A DNA stretch of 64,000 bases from Candidatus Hermodarchaeota archaeon (lineage in GTDB: Archaea > Asgardarchaeota > Hermodarchaeia > Hermodarchaeales > Hermodarchaeaceae), in contig JAEOUH010000029.1 of NCBI GenBank assembly GCA_016839365.1, positions 15,511 to 79,510 of the forward strand, given 5' to 3'. The position numbers and the translations under genes were made by a program. This document shows, piece by piece, positions 37,648 through 45,752 of the stretch (the stretch's first letter is position 1; each line of letters begins with the position of its first letter). Under the pieces are notes generated by a model. That model did no database searches. It was given only the letters and a program-made list of their open reading frames with translations, and had not been told where the DNA came from.

Positions 37648-38589
37648 TCAAAACTTTGATAATACTGATTTTCCAAAGCTTTTGATCTGATTGATTTCCT
37701 GCCTATGAGGAAACATGAAGATAAGGTGCTCTACGCCAATCGCTTCGAATTCGCGTAACCGGGTTAGAATTTGATTTGCGGTGCCCCAAAGTGCTTTGGC
37801 AATCCGTTCTCGAAAGTCCTCAATAGAGATATTTCGTGTTTTAGCAGTCTCAACGACTGCTGCGTCTTTTTCTTCTTCAGTGTCAAATATTCGTGTCCAC
37901 AAGCCCAATGATTTCTGAATATCAGACATCTCTCGTCCATATTTCTTACATAGCTCTGCAAGCCGAGTAAAGCGGGTGGCAAGTTCATCCGGAGTGCTCA
38001 TCCACGCAAAATTAATTCCGTCACCATATTTTGCCGTAGCACGAAGCATGAATTCTTTGCCATTTTGAGCCCCTACCCAAATTGGCATAGGTTTCTGAAG
38101 GGGCTTCGGGAAGGCAATGATATCTTCGACTTGATAGTGTTTACCGGTAAAGGTGAAACGTTCAGAGGTCCATATACCGCGGATGATCTGAATCGCTTCA
38201 TTCATCTGGTCTATTCGAGTTTTAGCTGAAGGAAAAGGATATCCATAAGCCTTGTATTCGATTTCTTTCCATCCAGCGCCGATGCCAAATTCTAAGCGTC
38301 CACCTGATAAGACATCTAAGGTGGCAGCCATCTTAGCGGTTAAAGCAGGATTTCGATAACTTTGACAAAAGACCATGCTGCCTACACGAACATTCTTGTT
38401 CTGTTGAGTAAGTGCCGTCATCAGAAGCCATGGATCCAGGAGAATTCGATCTGTGGAATCCTTATCCAACATAAAATGATCTGAAAACCATATAGTGGAA
38501 AACCCATTCTTCAACGCAACATCTGTAATAGCAGAAACATCATCGAAGGTATGCCCAAACTGAGGTTCGATCTGAATACCAAATTTCAA
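37648..38589 (-). CDS. LLM-class (probably F420-dependent) oxidoreductase
   Basis: WFSDHF, YRNPALTAKMAATLDVLSGGRLEFGIGAGW, PKPLQ.P.PIWVG. Confidence 0.88.
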   Translation of the reverse strand: MKFGIQIEPQFGHTFDDVSAITDVALKNGFSTIWFSDHFMLDKDSTDRILLDPWLLMTALTQQNKNVRVGSMVFCQSYRNPALTAKMAATLDVLSGGRLEFGIGAGWKEIEYKAYGYPFPSAKTRIDQMNEAIQIIRGIWTSERFTFTGKHYQVEDIIAFPKPLQKPMPIWVGAQNGKEFMLRATAKYGDGINFAWMSTPDELATRFTRLAELCKKYGREMSDIQKSLGLWTRIFDTEEEKDAAVVETAKTRNISIEDFRERIAKALWGTANQILTRLREFEAIGVEHLIFMFPHRQEINQIKSFGKSVLSKF

Positions 38590-38706
38590 TTCTTATCACC
38601 AGCCTGCATATATCAAGAGTAATTTCAAACACGGTTGGTGAGTTCGGCTTAAATACTATAAATTTGCTAGCCCTGACCAACTGCTTTCATTTAAGGTGCT
38701 TACTGC

Positions 38707-40143
38707 ATGCTTGAAAAACTCCAAGCTGCTGTCTCGTTGGGTGAAAAATTAGGGGCAGATTTTGTCGAAGCCCGTTTTGATGATTTGACCTTGCGCACGT
38801 TACGTCGAATTAAGACGAAGAAAGACGATACCTGGAAAGACATCATGTTAAAGTCTCGAACAGGAACTGGAATTATTTGCTACTTCGATGGCACCCCTGG
38901 TTATTCCTTTACCGCAAGCGAGGATCTAAAGGACATTGAAGAAACGGTTACTCGCGCTTATGGAATGGCAAAAGCCGCCTCTACAGCAGCCACCCTAAAA
39001 CTCGACTTTGATAGAAGACCTACTGTAAAAAGTCGGTCCAGTGATTCACTTTCTGTGAAAATACATCCAAAGACCAAAGGGCAAGATTACAAGATGGACT
39101 TGATCAACCGAATGGTAGACACGGCCTTTGATGTTGGAAAGGAAATTGAAAACATTACAGGCGCTTATGGTGAACTGACTGGTCAAAAGCTCTTCACCAA
39201 TAGCGAAGCATCAATAATCAAATGGGAATTTCTTCTGGTTGACATGATGTGCCGGGTCACTTCCAAAGCGTCCTCAGGTGCTCTCGTCTTTGGATCTGAA
39301 CGGAATGCAGGAAGCCTTGGGCTTGAAGCATATAATCGAAAAGGAAGCACGCCAGAAGAAGTCGGGAAAAAAGCTGCAATGTTTGCAGCAGAACAAATTC
39401 AAGCGAAACCCTGCCCAGCAGGGAAGTTTGCAACCCTCATTGATAATGAACTGGCAGGAGTTCTAGCTCATGAGAGCTTTGGCCACCTCAGTGAAGCTGA
39501 TTTCGTTACCATGGGGGCCTCACCCTTAGCAGGGAAAATCGGTAATATGCTTGGAACTAAACATGCGACAATTGTAGATGGAGGGAACCCCGATATCAAA
39601 AAGGAGGGAGGTATGTGGTTACCCTTCGATGATCAGGGCATTCGAGCAAATATGACAACGATTCTTGACCGGGGAATATTCAAACATTATCTCCATAACC
39701 GTGGCACCGCACAACAATTAGAGCAGGAACCAACAGGTAATTGCCGAGCAGTGCACTTCGGTTTCATGCCCATTCCGCGTATGACAAATACCTACTTCAA
39801 GCCAGGGGATCTTACTGAAGAAGAGGCCCTTGAACAATTAGGAACGGGTATTTACGCGATTCAAACCTCAGGTGGACAGGTGGAAAGAGATGGGAGTTTT
39901 CTGTTTAAGGCTGACAGAGGATATTGGGTTGAACATGGCGAAATCCAACACCCAATCCTTGAAGTCTCATTATCTGGCAACATCTTGGAACTCTTACAAC
40001 ATATTGAAGGTGCTACACGTGACATCGGTTTATGGGGCTCGTACTTTGGCGGATGTGGGAAATTCGGGCAATATCCACTCCCCGCAGGAATTGGAGGACC
40101 TAAACTTCTCATTCAAAATGTAACCTTTGGAGGAAAAGCATAG
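38707..40143 (+). CDS. tldD: TldD metalloprotease
   Basis: HESFGH (HExxxH), FDDQG, PRMTNTY, GCGK.GQ. Confidence 0.9.
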   Translation: MLEKLQAAVSLGEKLGADFVEARFDDLTLRTLRRIKTKKDDTWKDIMLKSRTGTGIICYFDGTPGYSFTASEDLKDIEETVTRAYGMAKAASTAATLKLDFDRRPTVKSRSSDSLSVKIHPKTKGQDYKMDLINRMVDTAFDVGKEIENITGAYGELTGQKLFTNSEASIIKWEFLLVDMMCRVTSKASSGALVFGSERNAGSLGLEAYNRKGSTPEEVGKKAAMFAAEQIQAKPCPAGKFATLIDNELAGVLAHESFGHLSEADFVTMGASPLAGKIGNMLGTKHATIVDGGNPDIKKEGGMWLPFDDQGIRANMTTILDRGIFKHYLHNRGTAQQLEQEPTGNCRAVHFGFMPIPRMTNTYFKPGDLTEEEALEQLGTGIYAIQTSGGQVERDGSFLFKADRGYWVEHGEIQHPILEVSLSGNILELLQHIEGATRDIGLWGSYFGGCGKFGQYPLPAGIGGPKLLIQNVTFGGKA

Positions 40144-40159
40144 GAGGAGGTTCCAAGGT

Positions 40160-41551
40160 ATGGAATTCGATGAAATCAAGGATGCCTTATTATCTGAAGT
40201 TGATACAGGCTTAAAATTTGCGAATTCTTTGGACAAAGCGGCTGAATTTGAAATCTACCTTTACTATCGAAGTAAATCGAATGTTGAAATTAAGCAAGGC
40301 GTTGTCGAAGCGACGGACGGCATAGTCGCAGGCACCGCTGTGCGTGCCACCCGAGATCAGAAACTAAGTTTTGCATCCTCAAGTGGCATCTCATCTAATC
40401 ACGTCAAAAGGGCCTTGCAGGATGCCATTTCGAGCTTGAAAGCAACCTCTGAAAAAGATACTCGGTTTAAGGGATTTTGCGAACCCAAACCTCCAGGAAA
40501 AGAAGGTAAATTCGCCCCTGAGATCTTAGAGCTTACAACTGACGACTTGGTAGGATATTCACTCCAATTGATAGGTAATATGACTAAGGCCAATGGAAGA
40601 CTTCTAGCCGCTGTTGGATGTGAGAAGACCTGGGGTGGCTTCGCTATTGGGAATTCACTGGGCCTTCAACAGGCTTCTACATCGGCACATAATGCCTGCA
40701 GTGCCTATGCAATGGCTATTGATGGGGAAGAACGAAGGACCGGTTCAGAAGAACTAGTTACCCGCGATAAAGCCTTAGACGTCTCTGGCATAGGCGAAAA
40801 AGCGGCAGAAAAGGCCCTTAGCCTACTTGGTGCCAAGAAATTGGGGCAAACGACAACCCTTCCCACATTATGGGTGCCATGGGCTGCAGCGAGTTATATC
40901 CTTTCAAGTCTTCAGCAGGCTACCAAAGGGTCTACTGTTGTGGAGGGCTTATCACCTCTCCGGGAAAAACAAGGTGAAAAAATTGCTCATCCTAATTTTT
41001 CACTAGTTGATGATGGTCAAAACCCATTAGGAATTGAGACTGAAGCCATTGATGCTGAAGGCCATCCCCAAGGTCGAACTGTGATTGTTAAGAATGGAAT
41101 GCTGAAAAGCTTCATTTTTGATTCATATTATGGACGGATTGCTGGAAAAGCTTCGACTGGTAATTGTGCACGTTCCGGAGGACCGTTTGGTTCACGTTTG
41201 CCATATGAAGATGCACCTTCGATTTTTAGTAAGAACTTAGAAGTGGCAGCAGGAAAGCAGTCGGAGGAGGAGCTAATCGCATCCATTGATGGTCAGGGAT
41301 TGTTGATTACTGACATCCCCATCGGAATTTTTCATAGCTCGGTTGAAACGGGTGAATTTTCAGCTGTTGCTAGTTCAGTATTTCTCATCGAGGATGGCGA
41401 GAAAAAACGACCATTGGAACCTGTGTCAATTGCAGGAAACTTCTACAAGGGGCTAGAACAACTTCTCGGTGTCGGTAATAACATTGAAATCACTTCACTC
41501 TTTGTAACAACTCCCAGCTTACTCATCGATGGGATTTCGGTAACGGGGTAG
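40160..41551 (+). CDS. pmbA: TldE/PmbA protein
   Basis: DAEG, STGN, GEFS, IAGN; no HExxxH; follows tldD with a GGAGG RBS. Confidence 0.88.
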   Translation: MEFDEIKDALLSEVDTGLKFANSLDKAAEFEIYLYYRSKSNVEIKQGVVEATDGIVAGTAVRATRDQKLSFASSSGISSNHVKRALQDAISSLKATSEKDTRFKGFCEPKPPGKEGKFAPEILELTTDDLVGYSLQLIGNMTKANGRLLAAVGCEKTWGGFAIGNSLGLQQASTSAHNACSAYAMAIDGEERRTGSEELVTRDKALDVSGIGEKAAEKALSLLGAKKLGQTTTLPTLWVPWAAASYILSSLQQATKGSTVVEGLSPLREKQGEKIAHPNFSLVDDGQNPLGIETEAIDAEGHPQGRTVIVKNGMLKSFIFDSYYGRIAGKASTGNCARSGGPFGSRLPYEDAPSIFSKNLEVAAGKQSEEELIASIDGQGLLITDIPIGIFHSSVETGEFSAVASSVFLIEDGEKKRPLEPVSIAGNFYKGLEQLLGVGNNIEITSLFVTTPSLLIDGISVTG

Positions 41552-41653
41552 ACAGCCCTTTCAGACTTATGCTATTATTTTTGCCAACCCCTGTGAACCG
41601 ATAGTTTTATCGAAGTTAACACCACCGATTCCTTTTGAGGAGCCTGCATACCC

Positions 41654-42685
41654 ATGTCAGATAAGTTATCTTCCATTGTATCTGAGGTCAAGGACTACTG
41701 GGGTCTCCGTCGCAAACAACCCATTGGGCAATTGGTAACCATACTGCGAAATGAGGGATTCAAATGTCCACATGTGCTCTCATCCATTGGAGAAGACTCG
41801 GCGGCAATCGACCTTGGTGGCGATAATCTCATTTTACTTTCCACAGATGCGGTCATTCCCGAATTAGCACAATCCAAACCTTATGTGGCAGGATACGCTG
41901 CAATCCTTGTAAACGTAAACGACATCTATGCAGCAGGAGGACGACCAATCGTAGCGATGGTGAATATTGCTTTCACTGAAATGAATGCCGGGGTGAAGAT
42001 CATGGAGGGCATTTGTGAAGCAGGGCAGAAATTTAAAGTTGAAGTTGTACGTGGACACACGACACCTGATGCGCCCATTAATAGCGTCAGCGCATCAATT
42101 TGTGGAACTGTTCCCCGAGACTCCTATATCAGCGCCGGAGGAGCGCAGCCTGGGGACGACTTAATTCTCGCAGTGGATTTGAAAGGACGTATCTCTCCTA
42201 ATTACGAGTACGGGTGGGATACCAGCACACTAAAACCATCAAAGGAAATTCTGAAACGTTATGAAGCAATGCGTGTTCTTGCTCAAAAACAGCTACTCAC
42301 AGCATCAAAGGATCTAAGCAATGGTGGCATAATCGGAACAACACTATTGATGATAGAATATGCCCAAAAGGGAGCAACCATCGATTTATCAGCTATTCCC
42401 ACTCCGAAGGAGATTGACCTCGCAAATTGGTTGAAGATGTACATTTCGACTGGATTTGTAGTCTCTACCATTCCAGAGAATGCTGAAACAGTATTATCCA
42501 TCTTTGAAGGTCATGAGCTTTCAGCTCGCAAGATTGGAACTGTGAATAACACAAAAAAACTCAGGATTCAACTCGAAGAGGACATGATTACTGTATTTGA
42601 TTTTGCTCAAGAATCAATTGTAGCCCCTCCACCCCCACCTCAACTTAACCGTATTATAACTCGCAAGTTGAAGAAGGTAAAGTGA
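41654..42685 (+). CDS. AIR synthase-related (PurM-like; sll0787/methanogenesis marker 2-like) protein
   Basis: GLRRK, GEDSAAI, LVNVNDIYAAGGRP, GHTTP, KDLSNGGIIGT. Confidence 0.82.
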   Translation: MSDKLSSIVSEVKDYWGLRRKQPIGQLVTILRNEGFKCPHVLSSIGEDSAAIDLGGDNLILLSTDAVIPELAQSKPYVAGYAAILVNVNDIYAAGGRPIVAMVNIAFTEMNAGVKIMEGICEAGQKFKVEVVRGHTTPDAPINSVSASICGTVPRDSYISAGGAQPGDDLILAVDLKGRISPNYEYGWDTSTLKPSKEILKRYEAMRVLAQKQLLTASKDLSNGGIIGTTLLMIEYAQKGATIDLSAIPTPKEIDLANWLKMYISTGFVVSTIPENAETVLSIFEGHELSARKIGTVNNTKKLRIQLEEDMITVFDFAQESIVAPPPPPQLNRIITRKLKKVK

Positions 42686-42744
42686 CAGGAGACCCTAACC
42701 ATAAATAGAAGAAAGTTCATGCAAATGTATACGGACAACACAGG

Positions 42745-43356
42745 GTGAGTATAATGGCAACCGAGAAGCCACCTGAAAAGGATTACGAAACTGAAGTATC
42801 AAAAGCAGTAAAGAGCATTCAAAAAATAGTCAAAGACGTTATTAAAGAACTCGAAAATCAGCGCGAACTCAATACAACTGCAGAATCGCGTATTGCAGAA
42901 TTAACTCGCGAACTCGCTAACAAAACAGCAACCAACGAGCGATTAGAAAGAACCATTGGTGAGTTGAAGGAATCAGCGGATCAGACAACAGATCTGATGG
43001 TGAAAAACAAAGCACTAGAATCTGAGCTCAACGCAATCAAGACTCAATTAGAAAAAATGTCCGACACCTACAAGGAATTAGTTACAGAACAGGAAGCCAC
43101 AATTCCCGTTCAAGAATTGCTAGCCCTATACATCGCATTGCTAGAGGATGTCTTTTATGCCCAACCACACGCAAAGACTCTGTTCCTTTTGCACGGTCGG
43201 AAGAAGGAAATGACCCGCGATGAAATCACTAAGACTGCAGGACATGAAGCGACGGCAATTAGAAAAGCGCTGGGAGACCTTGCCCGGGCGAATTTAATCG
43301 ATTACAATGTAGAAACCGGTAACGCGAAATTAAAGAAGCGCCTTTATCCGACTTAG
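42745..43356 (+). CDS. Coiled-coil protein with C-terminal winged helix-turn-helix
   Basis: Roughly 100-aa heptad-rich region, then PHAKTLFLLH...MTRDEITKTAG....IRKALGDLARANLIDY. Confidence 0.75.
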   Translation: MSIMATEKPPEKDYETEVSKAVKSIQKIVKDVIKELENQRELNTTAESRIAELTRELANKTATNERLERTIGELKESADQTTDLMVKNKALESELNAIKTQLEKMSDTYKELVTEQEATIPVQELLALYIALLEDVFYAQPHAKTLFLLHGRKKEMTRDEITKTAGHEATAIRKALGDLARANLIDYNVETGNAKLKKRLYPT

Positions 43357-44363
43357 ATCTTCATATCTGTCAACAACTGGTTGAAACGCGGTAAATTGTG
43401 GAGATTCGTAGTTAATGCGCAAAGATAGCGACTGAGTTCCGTGTGGATGATGCGTTCCGAATCAGACAAGGTTTTACTATCCGTTGCCTGATCAACGAGT
43501 TCTCGGGCACTGCGATGGACTACACCCACAACGCGTTTTTCGACGTCAGCGGGTCCCCAATCAAATGCACGGAGACCCCGCTTTGCCTCACTAATACTCG
43601 CTTTTACTGAATTATTTTGCAACGCATTAGCAAGTTGATCATAGAATTCGCTCGCTGTTCCCGCGATTTGATTTTGTTCTCGACTGGTTAAGTCGTTTCC
43701 AAGCGTTCCTCTTCGCGACAGTTCTTGTAAGAGACCAGCACAGGGGGCTTCAGCAAGAAATCGTCGAATAAGGTTGTAAAACACTTGCCCGGCAATATGT
43801 GTGACTTCGCTTATCACTTCTCGGGGTTCACTATAACGGAACAGTTCTCGACAGGACTCAAACCAGTAATTGGGTAGCAAAAGATGGCTTCGACTCGAGT
43901 ATTTATCCAGTAGTTGCTGAAGGAGAGGAAGCTGTTTTTCCGGATCGAAAATGGAAAGGCGCCGCTGAAAAGGTTTTCCAGTAAGACCAGCGAGATCCGC
44001 ACTCGCTTCAGTGATAAGCTGCTGAGTGGTTAAAAGAGGTTCCTTCAAATCCTCTTTTAGGATCGCCTGTTCTCGAGATTTCGAATACGAATCCAGTGCA
44101 GTTTCTATACGCTTGAGATGGGTGAGAATCACTTTAATCGTATCATCTACAAATGAGGAGCCAGATGTTGCTGAGTTATTTCCCGAGTTGCCCAGAGTTC
44201 GCTTCACGGATTCTCGCACCGCTCGAACTCCACTTGCGAGCTGGTCAATTTGTTTCGACTCTAAACCGCCTTCAGCTTCAATGGTGATGAGGGCATGAAT
44301 CAGGGTGGAGTTGACCGTGGTGAGTATGAGGATACGTTCCAGCAATTCTTCGGCCGTAATCAA
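43353..44363 (-). CDS. Hypothetical all-alpha protein, third gene of the tubulin operon
   Basis: 336-aa ORF; TTG start 27 nt after the tubulin stop, with a GGGGAG RBS. Confidence 0.75.
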   Translation of the reverse strand: MITAEELLERILILTTVNSTLIHALITIEAEGGLESKQIDQLASGVRAVRESVKRTLGNSGNNSATSGSSFVDDTIKVILTHLKRIETALDSYSKSREQAILKEDLKEPLLTTQQLITEASADLAGLTGKPFQRRLSIFDPEKQLPLLQQLLDKYSSRSHLLLPNYWFESCRELFRYSEPREVISEVTHIAGQVFYNLIRRFLAEAPCAGLLQELSRRGTLGNDLTSREQNQIAGTASEFYDQLANALQNNSVKASISEAKRGLRAFDWGPADVEKRVVGVVHRSARELVDQATDSKTLSDSERIIHTELSRYLCALTTNLHNLPRFNQLLTDMKI

Positions 44364-44390
44364 AGGTCTTCTCCCCCGTTATGGCCTCGC

Positions 44391-45740
44391 CTACTTCATT
44401 TCGAGATTGAACAATTCGGCAACATCTCGAATCGCAGCACGGAGAACTTCTTCGCCGACGCCTTTTGATTTCTTGAACCAACCACGTCTAAGCGGTGATG
44501 GCCCTGCATGGAGATCAACCAGTTCAGTCGAAGAGTTTACTAAGTCTTCGATTTCGGGAATTTGTGGTAGCCCCAGCAGGAGGAGTAAGTCGGAAGGGTG
44601 CACGTCATCTTCATAAGAGACAAAACATGGAGTAATGGCGGCACCTTTTGCTGTATAGGGGCGGAGAGCCTGTTTGATATGGGGATCGTATTCGGCTCGA
44701 GCATATTCACGGGAACCAGAAAAGGTATAATATGTTGAAGAAGCGGCTGGTTCAGACCCGATTTCAGCGAAGCTACAGTGTTCAACGGCATATTTGACCA
44801 TAGTCTTCAATTGCATGGCAATGTTTCCTGCTGATGGAATCAGGCTGACGTCGGTATACAGACAGGGCACAACGATGGGGTCCAGTTTCCGGGCATAGTC
44901 GGCAATATCAGTGGTTGGAAATACTTCCTTGCCAGGTTCAACAACCCCAGGACTAAGCATGTGCTCGACGAAGCGCAGGGCTAAGGGATTCACTAATTCC
45001 ACGAAAGCAGATTCTTGAGCCTTAGAGGCTTCATTTGCACCATCAACGGTAGAAGGAACCATCCCTTCAACATCGGTTACTTTAGCTACATCGATTTGCA
45101 ACTGCTGTTGAAGAAAATCTGCTACTTCGCCTTCACGCCAAGCTAGAATCCGTCGAAGCATTGCACGGTTACTAAGGAGACAAACAAGATCTGCACCTCG
45201 GTCTTCAAGCTGACCACGGAGGAGCTTGGAGAGTGACCACATGGTATTGAGAGCTTCTGACGTTTGGTCCTTGAATGGAAGAACCGTGAAAACGTAGACG
45301 AAGATGCGGCGTCCCTCCTCTTCTTGGAATCGCTGTTTAAGGATCTCAATGAGTGCAGGAGCACCGCCACACCCAGTCCCTCCACCAGACGAGGTAAAGA
45401 TGATAAATCCAGAAACCCCCTCAAACCCTAATTGGGTGAGCTGGCCCATGATGACATCTTTGAAGTCGTGCACATAATTATACCCGTCAGTGAAGTTGCC
45501 TCCACACCCAATATCAGAGGCACCATAAAGGAGTGTGTTTTCTTTAGGAATGTCATATTTTTGTCTGAGTTTTTGAATATCTGAACGGTCGGTGTTCATA
45601 CACAAGTACCCGCGAATACGTGGTGGTAGCATTCGTTCTCGGGCTTGTTTTAGATAGGCCCCAACGAGGTTGCTCCCGCATTCGCCGATACCGATGGCAA
45701 ATACTTCCGCAACTCGTGGTCCTTCATCTGAGGCTTCCAT
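44391..45740 (-). CDS. Tubulin/FtsZ-superfamily GTPase (divergent, tubulin-like)
   Basis: T1 IGIGECGSN, T2 MNTD, T3 GCGGNF, T4 GFIIFTSSGGGTGCG, T5 VLP...E.LN, T6 SNRAM, T7 TDIAD. Confidence 0.92.
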   Translation of the reverse strand: MEASDEGPRVAEVFAIGIGECGSNLVGAYLKQARERMLPPRIRGYLCMNTDRSDIQKLRQKYDIPKENTLLYGASDIGCGGNFTDGYNYVHDFKDVIMGQLTQLGFEGVSGFIIFTSSGGGTGCGGAPALIEILKQRFQEEEGRRIFVYVFTVLPFKDQTSEALNTMWSLSKLLRGQLEDRGADLVCLLSNRAMLRRILAWREGEVADFLQQQLQIDVAKVTDVEGMVPSTVDGANEASKAQESAFVELVNPLALRFVEHMLSPGVVEPGKEVFPTTDIADYARKLDPIVVPCLYTDVSLIPSAGNIAMQLKTMVKYAVEHCSFAEIGSEPAASSTYYTFSGSREYARAEYDPHIKQALRPYTAKGAAITPCFVSYEDDVHPSDLLLLLGLPQIPEIEDLVNSSTELVDLHAGPSPLRRGWFKKSKGVGEEVLRAAIRDVAELFNLEMK

Positions 45741-45752
45741 GGTAGTTCAATC

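Noticed and set aside
41654-42685. Selenophosphate synthetase SelD / selenoprotein
   Set aside because: Same fold, but no N-terminal Cys/Sec-x-x-Lys motif and no in-frame TGA extension; motifs fit the sll0787-like family.
44391-45740. Canonical cell-division FtsZ1/FtsZ2
   Set aside because: Lacks GGGG.N, GAG..PE.G, PF..EG..R and NLDFAD in canonical form; ends in tubulin-like helices rather than a disordered linker and core peptide.
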